From Monocercomonoides exilis PA203 (Eukaryota > Protista > Preaxostyla), in contig LSRY02000032.1 in NCBI GenBank assembly GCA_001643675.2, forward strand, positions 992,001 to 1,056,000: a DNA stretch of 64,000 bases, given 5' to 3'. The position numbers and the translations under genes were made by a program. Of the stretch, positions 49,701 to 60,700 are shown in pieces. Under the pieces are notes generated by a model. The model had not been told where the DNA came from, did no database searches, and saw only the letters and a list, made by a program, of their open reading frames with translations. Positions within the stretch are counted from its first letter, which is position 1, and the number at the start of each line of letters is the position of its first letter.

Positions 49701-51734
49701 AACTCGAGTGCTTTCATGAAAGACACAACAATCGAAAACTCTCCGTTTGGTGGATTGTCGATTTCTGGTGGGAAAGCAGACATTGAGAAAGGAGAGTTTG
49801 CGAACAATAACCCGCAGATCGAAAAATACCCATCATCCAGAAGAAATGTCTTCTGTTCTGATTCCGGAGCATTGGTTGTTTCGAGCCTGAAAGGGGGAGA
49901 TGGAACAAAGGAGAACTCATCATTGTGGATGTTGAGCGAAGGGTGCAATGTTTCGGGGATTGTGGCTGACCGGTTGTCATCCTTCTTTATTCCTTCATTG
50001 GATTCTGTCACCTTTGTGAAAGCAGGAAATGAAGCTGTTCTGACGTTTGTTGGAAGGCTGTTGCTTCCTTGCAACATCTCGGTCAGCCTCACATTTGCGA
50101 GAGGGGTCGAGCAGGAAGTCGAAAAATACCAGATAGACAGCGATGATGGATATGTTGGAGAAGAGGAAGTGAGGGCTTCAATCCCTTTGTCTCGATTTGA
50201 AAATGCAAGTGATGAAACTGAGATATCTGTGGAAATCTTATTTGGGAACTCTGATTCTCCCTCGTCAACAAAATCATTCATTCTGAAGAACAAGACTGAG
50301 CCAAATCCAAAAGGAGATGAAAGGATTGTTGAAGGAGGATACAAAGAAGGAAAATCTTATTGGTTGTTGATTGTTATAATCATGGCAGTTATTTTATTGA
50401 TTGTTCTTATTGTATCAATAATTTTTATTGTTCGATGGAGAAAGCAAAAGAGAAGGACAGAGGAATTGGAAGAGATTGTGAATGACACAGTGAAAAAGGA
50501 TCCAAAGCTTATTGAGATGGTGACAATGGAGATGTCTCCAGAGGCACAATGGCGAAGAGCAGAGAAGGAGGCAGAGACGAAGAACGATGAAAGGATAAAG
50601 AAGAGAGTGTATGAGAAAAGCCTTGGACATTCAGAGTCATCAGAGCATCTTCTCTCTGAGAGTGGATCGACTGAATATATTCTTGGAAATGACTCTGATA
50701 AGATTCCTCAATGGATGCTGGAAAAGGTTGAAGAAGAAGAGATTCGAAAGAGATCACCTTCACCATCCATTTCATCCACTTCCACTACAGACACTTCAGA
50801 CACAGAATCCACATTTGTTCGCGGAGAGGATCTGTGTCCAACCACCTCGTCCATGTCGAATCTGGTGGATGCAATGGCCTGCTCATGCCCTTACGAGAAG
50901 CTGATTGTGGATCTAAGAGATTCGCTGTTCATGCTGCTTCACGGGAGGAACGAGAAGAAGGAGATGGCGATTGGGACTCTGCAGGAGAGGGAGATGACTG
51001 GCGCTCAGATCCTGTTCTGGGTGGCGAATCTCGCACTCCACTCGTTTGAGGATGGGGAAGAAGGTCTTTCCTCTCTGGCCAATCTGAGTCCTCATATCGT
51101 GCTGTTCTCAGAACATATGGTGATCTGCATTGTGATGCATTCAGACTTCTCTTCTGATGATGATTCAGATTCTTCTTCCATCTCTTCAACAACAGTTGTC
51201 ACATCTGCCAGCGATGATGATGAAAGTGACTCTCTGCCCTCATCTGCCTTTGAGGATGAAGATGATTTCAAAAAAGAGTGCCTGAGATGGAAGGCTCCTG
51301 AGCTGCTGATGAACAAGAAAATGGGAGCAACAAAGGAATCAGTGGCATTTTCGATCGGGATGATGCTGTGGGAGTGCTTGACGCTACAGATACCATTCGG
51401 TGAGTATGAAGCCGAAGTTGCTGGGCAGAAGATCATGAATGGGGAAAGGCCAAACATGGAGAATACGCATGCAGAATCGATGTTGATGGATGTTGCAAAA
51501 AGAGCAACATCGATGAATTGGCAGGAGAGGCTCACGCTTGGAGAGCTGAAGCGCGAGTTTATTCAGCGGTTTCCGGCAGGAGCTGTAATAATCACAATGT
51601 CAGATGCAATTGACATGGAAAGGGACAGGGACAGCAGCGGCAGTAACAGCTACAGCGACAGCGACAGCAGAGGAGGAAGCTTGGAGGAAGCAGATTCGTT
51701 GCTTGGAGGCAGTGCACTCTGCTCCGAAAAGTGA
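43788..51734 (+). CDS. Giant single-pass receptor-like protein: signal peptide, Cys-rich beta-helix ectodomain, TM helix, degenerate kinase C-lobe (pseudokinase)
   Basis: Intronless ORF; the first ATG (43788) gives MLLLLCICCFYGVVSC. Repeated GGAI/GGG(L/M) and FxxN motifs, and four G-x-D/N-xxx-CG...C modules. TM helix YWLLIVIIMAVILLIVLIVSIIFIVRWRK. Kinase subdomains VIII-IX (LRWKAPELL, FSIGMMLWECLTLQIPF) are present, but no HRD, DFG or GxGxxG is recognisable. Confidence 0.88.
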   Translation: MLLLLCICCFYGVVSCNEINNCFLKDFGDEKKSESLTTFTKPQIADAHILFYNASSAMIHVDFWTVHSEDHVFVVDEKSKTKLVDIRFCMKHSCPQHTLFLSNGFVWASNLSFVSFDCRCSIPSIVSSAPGFESQNEGKTVLECSAISSHVISTTCPFVGDCGTSFVSLEDCHFFNVTQQKRVKTVSLSNTKAIVDSCDFSDMTTPYYGCIVSGLLSTGGFAVFNTSFRKCSYSKTVVNTVTTNGTEPVFFSDTYFNCKSENDGGAIYHRINYPMTIERCMFFECNSSLNGGAIRSNNDPALYALTINNTIGEKCAATLVGGFLVSDYQKNMQMRNTNISDSHGKECGCVYLNRYPGNVSISCCYLNNCSEEGDRIPLSSGGILIGDGHNVSISDCSLTKCSGLTVGGICFWGDKDWGGDYTGVVMFCFFEENSARNGGKDVSVMGEWVENADQSMLIECRSKTLGSNRVMHGESDVSEWIPYFYSGALYVNSETGDDNEACGKNERKCRTVGYIPVLVDPQKAESTRVVIESPRIAEHGCNVANKKIEIVGSTGGELTITTALASTSLFSVVDGHLSTNSIQIIHDATQSTADSLVFLLEGSGSLHVDGCTLTSGSGHSESNAFSSSMIMLKGGEATVENTHISSFWLLDASCILLCGSCSMRVSNCTLEKIVRNGGEGGGISATIKSGCELEICECAFDNCTAKEGNGGGVKVVLERGGSLVIGESTNATSFSVCSAQRANGKGGFGGGLCISSMAEDVSLSLINLEFADNSGSVGRDVYASLKDLRTKVNNETFSWAFFIESEKRENSLCGVDGNFFENDVDLFIFITGLQSTTIGTSGSEGENAIYCGNDVPCKTLDYSIQQAAGIGELTITIHLSTTLSSETVLNSHTIKSGSDSECNLVVNSSLEGQTGKVISTTGVLKLNKIAFSIPSSFVHSQNTLIHSHSTASELTVNGCQFVNQTSAPISYVLFDVSEGKLRMEDITLSSLSFSGKVFAITPSVDAEIISLNVSNSELGTNPLLSVDGSVQPQNSPSARNSDLTPSLTFKTCTFREIDVCEADCSGIISTGASIPLLFDGCTFVSISSPTSVEGGAMRISVEESGSFSINGTSVCQKCSCENRRVGKGGFLWMHFPESHGDFALGMMSLKENSAFTGRDVFVTCKDLLEIVDPSSFSFAAAVAESERSNSLVGTDSFWFHSQDEDLFDLVLGYRSRVIYVNSTKGMNHIGCGKRSFQCTSVDYGITRVADGEERRIEIGEAGNVGGEFDLVHLLIESNSEETAVLSVSGAIPKTRDCIVEVGDGVVKDVAFSLPGAFVNGHGTLFALPFPTSVLTLEVCSLASSSSTTISFNLVLLNGGDLALKNCKIENIASAVSLVEVLYQEHPSNEDAKGHSIVFDSCSFLSTTETGNTASTAKIDSSDSDVSVTVKNSTFLKCCADSSSCGGALFVGLGKGSSLEVNDSSMSLCETAVGKGGGMYLNGADAEHSLLPFVISNVTFSSNNAIVGRDMFIQCDNLSTQISERHFLLDFREPPFNRHNSIWGMDAALPSHDVDIIPMVVMYQSELIFVSGIASGAADAKSCGSVFSPCRSLSYGVLHVIPSIYSQVIAESETAVSAEVVFRDVAVKSSSLNSHCRVLLGGTTASETKYSGLMECMGSVSFEKMDFLFSEEYASSHVSVFNIQNGATSIISCTFTGSSEAMVLSQTLFVVSAGLLDVQKVVFDSLNIHSDILLLSPSASTYISQIQVKAVVSDSSLVVANQASATMIDVEIDNSSWGKGMITASSSNVSVSSLTYSSVEAETVIVSAHSSLSIEKIKLIKSTIKQHAILVDSLDGQVIVKELFVENIKLCSGGVVCCTSRQNDLTEGNDGLCSIMQASFSNITCASSVESKTASVFDCFLSRYPIHLQNCSAVNCTSHPMKGAIASFNCCSNASFDLCVFDGSSSAKDEGWKRNDGMNGVCMWNESIVGLVNSSAFMKDTTIENSPFGGLSISGGKADIEKGEFANNNPQIEKYPSSRRNVFCSDSGALVVSSLKGGDGTKENSSLWMLSEGCNVSGIVADRLSSFFIPSLDSVTFVKAGNEAVLTFVGRLLLPCNISVSLTFARGVEQEVEKYQIDSDDGYVGEEEVRASIPLSRFENASDETEISVEILFGNSDSPSSTKSFILKNKTEPNPKGDERIVEGGYKEGKSYWLLIVIIMAVILLIVLIVSIIFIVRWRKQKRRTEELEEIVNDTVKKDPKLIEMVTMEMSPEAQWRRAEKEAETKNDERIKKRVYEKSLGHSESSEHLLSESGSTEYILGNDSDKIPQWMLEKVEEEEIRKRSPSPSISSTSTTDTSDTESTFVRGEDLCPTTSSMSNLVDAMACSCPYEKLIVDLRDSLFMLLHGRNEKKEMAIGTLQEREMTGAQILFWVANLALHSFEDGEEGLSSLANLSPHIVLFSEHMVICIVMHSDFSSDDDSDSSSISSTTVVTSASDDDESDSLPSSAFEDEDDFKKECLRWKAPELLMNKKMGATKESVAFSIGMMLWECLTLQIPFGEYEAEVAGQKIMNGERPNMENTHAESMLMDVAKRATSMNWQERLTLGELKREFIQRFPAGAVIITMSDAIDMERDRDSSGSNSYSDSDSRGGSLEEADSLLGGSALCSEK

Positions 51735-53941
51735 AAAGGTTGCTTGGAGTTTTTGATGGCTGAATGGCTTAGACATTTATTCAAAGCGCTGCAAACGGAA
51801 GAAAATAATGAAGGCTTGGGGCATGCGAAAGAAAGTCTGTTTCTGAGTTGCTGCATGAACCTTGCAGCACGAATCCGGATTGCCGATCTGAGCTTTTGAG
51901 TAAATTTGCTCCTGGAATCAGCTTGCTTTTATACAAAATGCTTTTGCTGTGCGCACGGATGCTAGCCATTCATATTTTTTGTTGGTGCTTATCATAAAAG
52001 GTGTTCAAATTCATCCGTTTATATAATTTTTGTTTTGCCTTGCAGCCAAAGGTCTCGTTTGCGTTTATTTGAAAATGCTTTTGTTTTTGAATGAAGATTT
52101 GCACGCAATGACTTTGTAACCTCGTTGACGCTCCTCCCTTCCATTTCACCCTCTTTTCATTTCACAACCAGTTTTATTCATTTGAATTTGCTCAAATTTT
52201 TAGACTCCGCAATATTGGCAGCAACAGCGCAGAGTCGTTCAGATCAACAAAGCAGACCTTGCAAAGCGGAACGTGAATAACAGAGTAAACAAGGATTCAA
52301 CAACAGAATGAGTTAAAGAGTCGTAGCTACGTGATGTCGCTTGTGGACCGCAGAAGCAACAACATATAATTCTTTATATTGCGTTTTAAACAGGCGACTA
52401 TCTTGAAAAACACATTTTGACTGGCCGGTTGTTTTGTATTTGGCTAAATGAAAAATACATTTTACGCAAAGTAATTATGGACACGAGAATTTTTCCGATT
52501 ATGTCGAAGAAATTGAACAGAAATAACAGAATCGAACATATCTAATTGAAATTTGAATATATATATATATATATATTCTTTTGTTCAGTTCTTTTGTTTT
52601 TAATAATGAAAAGAATCACGATATTTTTATTGTTTTTGTGTTTTGCAGAATCTCAATAAAACACATTATTTGCATCTTGACAAATATTTTGATAAAGGGT
52701 TATGAATTTCAATTATTTTTTTGAAAGAAGATCTATTTGAATATATGTGAAAAAAAATTCACATTTTAATTTTTGGTATTTTTTATTCAGTTTGAATTTT
52801 TTTGCTTCGAATAAATTATTTTCTCAATTTTTGATTCATTTCAAATAAGAAACAATTGTAAATCAATAAAATTCTATTCAGTTTTATTATTAATTGAAAT
52901 TTCATTTTTTATAATTAAAAAAAAATAATTTTCATTTTGATTTTCATCGCTTTAAAAAAAAAGAACTGAACAAAAGAATATATATATATATATACCATGG
53001 ATGCTTAACCCGCACCCTGGTGCCAAACCAGCACCCAGCAAATTATCAGATTTTTCAAAAAAAAAAATGTGAACACGCATTTGATTGTGTGTGAAGAGCT
53101 CACATTCGGACAATTACTATATTTATTATTTATAATTAATATTTTCCCCAAAAAATACAAAAATATTCATTTTCATAAAAATTGTTTTAATTTTTATATA
53201 TTTGAAAATTTGCTATTTCCTAGCCATGGCAGAAAAAGAAAAACATCCTATTGTGCTTATTTTAATATTTGCGAACAAAAAATTAAACGTATGGGAAAAT
53301 TTTTCCGATATTTGTCTGATGGAACTTATTTCAACGATTAGATCAAAAACCATAAAAATGTGAAAACAATTGGCATGCTTAGCTGTAGCTTGGAGAAGAA
53401 GTTAACTATGAATATTTCAATAAAATTTTAATAATAATGTATCTTTTATGTAATTTACAGCAATTCTTTTAGTGGCTGCACTTTTCAGAGCCATGCTTTG
53501 TTTGGAGTGTGTTTTTTGGAGAGCAGGCTTTCCAAAAGTTAGATTACAGTTTGCCGTTTTTAAGTACTTGCATATTTTATAAAAATTTGCCTTGTGTAAT
53601 AATTAAATTCTTCAAAAACTTGTTTTTGAATGTTTTGTTTGACGCACATATTTGCTTGATTTTATTATTGAAAAGAATGAAGCTGCATATATAGCTGCAG
53701 CAATTTGTGCTGTAAACATTAACTGCTATTTAATGTTAATTTTTCGAAAATGAGAAATATATGTGTATTGATGGTTTTGATTTTTATCATTTTTTACAAT
53801 TCAATGACTTTTTTGTTAAATGTTCATTTCACGTGTTAATTTTGATGGAATCCGTTGTGCATCTATTTATTGCGTTGTATTTATTTTTTCCAAAATGAAA
53901 TAATTTATGTGTGATGAATGAGACATTAGTAATTATTATTT
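50409..53941 (+). repeat. Left arm (3.53 kb) of the giant inverted repeat
   Basis: Reverse complement of 54243-57773. Mirrored ORFs in the track include 53069-53341/54843-55115 and 50415-50630/57552-57767. I found only two 1-bp homopolymer differences. Confidence 0.93.
52576..52978. mobile_element. ~400-bp AT-rich MITE-like element flanked by (TA)n
   Basis: 20-bp TIRs TTCTTTTGTTCAGTTCTTTT and AAAAGAACTGAACAAAAGAA, each abutting a (TA)n tract. Mirror copy at 55206-55607. Confidence 0.6.
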
Positions 53942-54242
53942 ATTTATTTTCTGTTATAAATGATATTTGTCAACCAAAACACAAATCTATCTGGTAAATA
54001 TTTGTCCAAACCAAATTAACCCAAGGTTATTATGAAAAATAGTCTTGAACTTGATGTAAAACAAATTAAATGTCAATCGGATTTATCTGATTGATTGTTT
54101 TTTAATAACAGAACATGATGTAAAAAAAAGCGTTATTTTAATGTGTTGTTTTAATTCTTAGATAAATGCAAAACGTTATAATAAAATATAAATATTTTTC
54201 TCCTTCTCATATTTAATAAATGAATATTTAAATAAAAATATC

Positions 54243-57200
54243 AAATAATAATTACTAATGTCTCATTCATCACACATAAATTATTTCATTTTGGAAAAAA
54301 TAAATACAACGCAATAAATAGATGCACAACGGATTCCATCAAAATTAACACGTGAAATGAACATTTAACAAAAAAGTCATTGAATTGTAAAAAATGATAA
54401 AAATCAAAACCATCAATACACATATATTTCTCATTTTCGAAAAATTAACATTAAATAGCAGTTAATGTTTACAGCACAAATTGCTGCAGCTATATATGCA
54501 GCTTCATTCTTTTCAATAATAAAATCAAGCAAATATGTGCGTCAAACAAAACATTCAAAAACAAGTTTTTGAAGAATTTAATTATTACACAAGGCAAATT
54601 TTTATAAAATATGCAAGTACTTAAAAACGGCAAACTGTAATCTAACTTTTGGAAAGCCTGCTCTCCAAAAAACACACTCCAAACAAAGCATGGCTCTGAA
54701 AAGTGCAGCCACTAAAAGAATTGCTGTAAATTACATAAAAGATACATTATTATTAAAATTTTATTGAAATATTCATAGTTAACTTCTTCTCCAAGCTACA
54801 GCTAAGCATGCCAATTGTTTTCACATTTTTATGGTTTTTGATCTAATCGTTGAAATAAGTTCCATCAGACAAATATCGGAAAAATTTTCCCATACGTTTA
54901 ATTTTTTGTTCGCAAATATTAAAATAAGCACAATAGGATGTTTTTCTTTTTCTGCCATGGCTAGGAAATAGCAAATTTTCAAATATATAAAAATTAAAAC
55001 AATTTTTATGAAAATGAATATTTTTGTATTTTTTGGGGAAAATATTAATTATAAATAATAAATATAGTAATTGTCCGAATGTGAGCTCTTCACACACAAT
55101 CAAATGCGTGTTCACATTTTTTTTTTTGAAAAATCTGATAATTTGCTGGGTGCTGGTTTGGCACCAGGGTGCGGGTTAAGCATCCATGGTATATATATAT
55201 ATATATTCTTTTGTTCAGTTCTTTTTTTTTAAAGCGATGAAAATCAAAATGAAAATTATTTTTTTTAATTATAAAAAATGAAATTTCAATTAATAATAAA
55301 ACTGAATAGAATTTTATTGATTTACAATTGTTTCTTATTTGAAATGAATCAAAAATTGAGAAAATAATTTATTCGAAGCAAAAAAATTCAAACTGAATAA
55401 AAAATACCAAAAATTAAAATGTGAATTTTTTTTCACATATATTCAAATAGATCTTCTTTCAAAAAAATAATTGAAATTCATAACCCTTTATCAAAATATT
55501 TGTCAAGATGCAAATAATGTGTTTTATTGAGATTCTGCAAAACACAAAAACAATAAAAATATCGTGATTCTTTTCATTATTAAAAACAAAAGAACTGAAC
55601 AAAAGAATATATATATATATATATATTCAAATTTCAATTAGATATGTTCGATTCTGTTATTTCTGTTCAATTTCTTCGACATAATCGGAAAAATTCTCGT
55701 GTCCATAATTACTTTGCGTAAAATGTATTTTTCATTTAGCCAAATACAAAACAACCGGCCAGTCAAAATGTGTTTTTCAAGATAGTCGCCTGTTTAAAAC
55801 GCAATATAAAGAATTATATGTTGTTGCTTCTGCGGTCCACAAGCGACATCACGTAGCTACGACTCTTTAACTCATTCTGTTGTTGAATCCTTGTTTACTC
55901 TGTTATTCACGTTCCGCTTTGCAAGGTCTGCTTTGTTGATCTGAACGACTCTGCGCTGTTGCTGCCAATATTGCGGAGTCTAAAAATTTGAGCAAATTCA
56001 AATGAATAAAACTGGTTGTGAAATGAAAAGAGGGTGAAATGGAAGGGAGGAGCGTCAACGAGGTTACAAAGTCATTGCGTGCAAATCTTCATTCAAAAAC
56101 AAAAGCATTTTCAAATAAACGCAAACGAGACCTTTGGCTGCAAGGCAAAACAAAAATTATATAAACGGATGAATTTGAACACCTTTTATGATAAGCACCA
56201 ACAAAAAATATGAATGGCTAGCATCCGTGCGCACAGCAAAAGCATTTTGTATAAAAGCAAGCTGATTCCAGGAGCAAATTTACTCAAAAGCTCAGATCGG
56301 CAATCCGGATTCGTGCTGCAAGGTTCATGCAGCAACTCAGAAACAGACTTTCTTTCGCATGCCCCAAGCCTTCATTATTTTCTTCCGTTTGCAGCGCTTT
56401 GAATAAATGTCTAAGCCATTCAGCCATCAAAAACTCCAAGCAACCTTTTCACTTTTCGGAGCAGAGTGCACTGCCTCCAAGCAACGAATCTGCTTCCTCC
56501 AAGCTTCCTCCTCTGCTGTCGCTGTCGCTGTAGCTGTTACTGCCGCTGCTGTCCCTGTCCCTTTCCATGTCAATTGCATCTGACATTGTGATTATTACAG
56601 CTCCTGCCGGAAACCGCTGAATAAACTCGCGCTTCAGCTCTCCAAGCGTGAGCCTCTCCTGCCAATTCATCGATGTTGCTCTTTTGCAACATCCATCAAC
56701 ATCGATTCTGCATGCGTATTCTCCATGTTTGGCCTTTCCCCATTCATGATCTTCTGCCCAGCAACTTCGGCTTCATACTCACCGAATGGTATCTGTAGCG
56801 TCAAGCACTCCCACAGCATCATCCCGATCGAAAATGCCACTGATTCCTTTGTTGCTCCCATTTTCTTGTTCATCAGCAGCTCAGGAGCCTTCCATCTCAG
56901 GCACTCTTTTTTGAAATCATCTTCATCCTCAAAGGCAGATGAGGGCAGAGAGTCACTTTCATCATCATCGCTGGCAGATGTGACAACTGTTGTTGAAGAG
57001 ATGGAAGAAGAATCTGAATCATCATCAGAAGAGAAGTCTGAATGCATCACAATGCAGATCACCATATGTTCTGAGAACAGCACGATATGAGGACTCAGAT
57101 TGGCCAGAGAGGAAAGACCTTCTTCCCCATCCTCAAACGAGTGGAGTGCGAGATTCGCCACCCAGAACAGGATCTGAGCGCCAGTCATCTCCCTCTCCTG

Positions 57201-57773
57201 CAGAGTCCCAATCGCCATCTCCTTCTTCTCGTTCCTCCCGTGAAGCAGCATGAACAGCGAATCTCTTAGATCCACAATCAGCTTCTCGTAAGGGCATGAG
57301 CAGGCCATTGCATCCACCAGATTCGACATGGACGAGGTGGTTGGACACAGATCCTCTCCGCGAACAAATGTGGATTCTGTGTCTGAAGTGTCTGTAGTGG
57401 AAGTGGATGAAATGGATGGTGAAGGTGATCTCTTTCGAATCTCTTCTTCTTCAACCTTTTCCAGCATCCATTGAGGAATCTTATCAGAGTCATTTCCAAG
57501 AATATATTCAGTCGATCCACTCTCAGAGAGAAGATGCTCTGATGACTCTGAATGTCCAAGGCTTTTCTCATACACTCTCTTCTTTATCCTTTCATCGTTC
57601 TTCGTCTCTGCCTCCTTCTCTGCTCTTCGCCATTGTGCCTCTGGAGACATCTCCATTGTCACCATCTCAATAAGCTTTGGATCCTTTTTCACTGTGTCAT
57701 TCACAATCTCTTCCAATTCCTCTGTCCTTCTCTTTTGCTTTCTCCATCGAACAATAAAAATTATTGATACAAT
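54243..57773 (-). repeat. Right arm (3.53 kb) of the giant inverted repeat
   Basis: Reverse complement of 50409-53941, separated from it by a unique 301-bp spacer (53942-54242). Confidence 0.93.
55206..55607. mobile_element. Mirror copy of the (TA)n-flanked MITE-like element
   Basis: Reverse complement of 52576-52978 within the right arm. Confidence 0.6.
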
Positions 57774-60700
57774 CAGAACAATTAAAAACAATATGACAAA
57801 AAGAACAATCACTATCAAGGCCCAAGAACTTTCTCTGCCTTTTTCACCTTTTGTGATTGGGGATTCGTTGTTGTTCGTCATTTGAGTTTTGTTTCTCACA
57901 ACAATTGCTTTTGTGAATGAAGACGATTCTTCGTTTCCGAATTGAATTTGAACCGACACTTCTATTTCTGGCGAGGCATCTGAAATGATGGAATTGGGAG
58001 TTGCGCCGACAATTGCTTCTTCGCTTTCAAATCCGGCTTCGTCAAACAAGAAATGTGTTATTTGCTTGGCTTCTCCATCTGACAAAACAACGCAAAACGA
58101 TAAGTTGCATGGAAGCAAAAGAGAACCTTGGAACCTCATCAACGTGTTGTATTCCATTTCCTCGGTTGTTACTGCTTGCAGCGTGGGGACAAAAAATGTC
58201 GAGCCTCTTTCCTCTCCAGCACCTGTTATTTCGCACCCCTCGTTCAGTATCCATAGAGATGATAACAGCTGTGGATTATTCTCACCAGTCTTCACTCCTT
58301 TGATACGCATAATTGCAGAATTTGTGCACACGATGTTCCTTTGGTATGACGGATACTTCTCCATTCCTGGTGAATTGTCGTAAAACTCGGATTTCTCAAC
58401 ATCAACACTGCCTCCACTTACGCTCAGTCCTCCTTCTGATGAATTTGTGATTGTTGTTGCTTTCAAAGTTGCTGTACAGTCTTTGAGCTCCACCACAGAT
58501 CCATTCCATCTGCATATCACATCTGTGCTGCCTTTCTCCAGCACTTCTCTTCCATTCTCTTTCTTCCCTTCGAAAAGCGAATTTTCAACATACACAATTT
58601 TCGATGATGAAACAGACATAATTTGTCCGACATTTGTTGCGCATGAATGATTTCTCAGTGAGCAATTCGCAATCCGAAAGTCTTGCCCTTCAGCACAACT
58701 TGTGATGCAGCTTGCACCATTTGATTTTTGCTCAATATCACCAATCACCGAATAAGCCAACAGGACAGACCCATGTTCATTTGCAGATCCTCTTCTTTGC
58801 TTTCCTTCCTCGTCAACAGATATCAATGAGCTCTCAGCAAGAGTCACATTTCCTATTCTCGCTTCTTTCAATGTGATATTAGCTCCTGGGATGATATGAA
58901 TTATCCCCTTAGCTGAGTTCAAATTGGACATATTCATGGAGCTCAAACAGCATTCGCACCCTCCTTCAAATGCAAACAGCGGCTTTTCACTATTGATCCC
59001 AACAACTTCGCTGTTTTGGATCTGAAACAACCCACTTTGCACAGTTATCAGGGACTGCCTCAAATATTCCTCTCTGCTTCCTGCTGTAAACTTGGACGAA
59101 GAGATCGCAAGCGATCCGTTTGCTTCTGTTAGCACACTCTCGTGAAGCGTCGAGAAAGCTGCGTGAATGCTCATCGCAATGTTTTCCACTTTCACATCTC
59201 CCGAGCACTCCATCACACATCCTTGGGAAGCCAGCTGGCTCACTTCCTGTCTCAGATGGACAATTGCTGGATGCGACACTTCCTTGCTTCTCAACACCCC
59301 ACACCTTATCGCACAGTCTTTCACGATGTCTGCCTCTTTCTCAATCAGAAGCTGGCTATATGACGAATCAAGAAGATGCGAAAGACCGTAATTGAGAGAT
59401 CGGCATGGAGCACTGATATTCCCACACGGCTTTGTGTCGCTCCCTTTTCCCTCTGCCCCGCTCACAAAGATCAGCTCGCTCCGATACACAACGATCAATG
59501 GAATTAGATCTATATCTTCTTCTGCCTCGCCCTCTCCCACACCCCATATCGCATTTCGTCTGTCATATGGAGGTTCTCTCAGATCCAGGACAAACTGAAT
59601 CTCATTGATTTGCTGCGAGGTCAGCCAGCACCTCACAAACATATCCCTTCCGACTCTTGCTCTGTTGCCTCCAAATGTGACATTCGAAACCACAAACCTG
59701 AGAATCCTTGCCTCTTTCATCTCGCTTTCCAGATATGCCCCTCCCCCTTTCCCCTCTTGTGCAGAGCATGTGCATATATTCGTGCTATTCACTTCAACCA
59801 TACCATTTGCAGGCACCATCACCCTGAGCCCACCTCCACAGCTGTTGCTATCTGCGTGACAGCCTTCAAATGTCGAATTCAGAATCTGGATTAATCCGCT
59901 ATTATTGATGCAGCACACCAATGCACATGCCTCTTCGTTGTTATCATTTTCTATGTTCCTGATTGAACACTCTTCCATCTTCATGCTCCTCTCGTCCGTG
60001 TGCTCGCTTGCTTCATTGAAACATATCAGTGCGGATGTGGCTTTTATTCCGCTGATCTCACACAGACACAGCCACAGATCCCCCTCGTTAATCTCAAAAA
60101 TTCGAAAAGACAAAGTCGATTCTGCCTGAAGAGAAAAAGCACATTTTTCGATTTTCACATACGACTGGGGCTGGGCCAATCCGATCAATGCTCTTTGACC
60201 GTTCGTTAATGCACCTGGAATGGAATAGTTCACCCTGCATATTGTTGTTTCATTTCCAGCAAGCACGACTCCTTCATCCATGGGAAGTGAGTCGCTCACA
60301 TAAATTGCAGAATTCGATTCCATTTGCAATGGTCTAACAAGCATGTAATCCAGTTTCGTCTCCCTTCGCACCTCGCACTTTTCCCGAATTGCCACTGTCT
60401 TTTCTCCATCTCCACGAATATGCTCCACTCCAGTCTCAAAAGTCAAGCACGGAAATATCTCTTTTCCGCATCCGATGTTGTTTGCCCCTCGTTCACCATC
60501 GACATAGATCGTCTCGTTGAAATACCCAGTGATGAACACAAACAGATCTTCGTATCCCTCAAACCGTGTTCGGTCGCTCCCCATGAGCGAATTCACCCTG
60601 ATTGAGACATCAATTCTAGAAGCAAACTCAAATGATGAGCTGTTCACAACCTCTGTCAGATCCTTGCAGCTGATGAACATGTCCACTCCCACATGTGCTC

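Noticed and set aside
53069-55115. Mirrored 90-aa and 61-aa ORFs at the palindrome centre as genes or a transposase
   Set aside because: They have non-ATG starts, AT-rich composition and no DDE or other motifs. They are duplicated only because of the inverted repeat.
50409-57773. Palindrome as a simple fold-back read artefact
   Set aside because: The symmetry stops at the TM segments, both outer flanks continue as different in-frame ectodomains, and there is a unique spacer. A repeat-induced mis-join is still possible and needs long reads to exclude.
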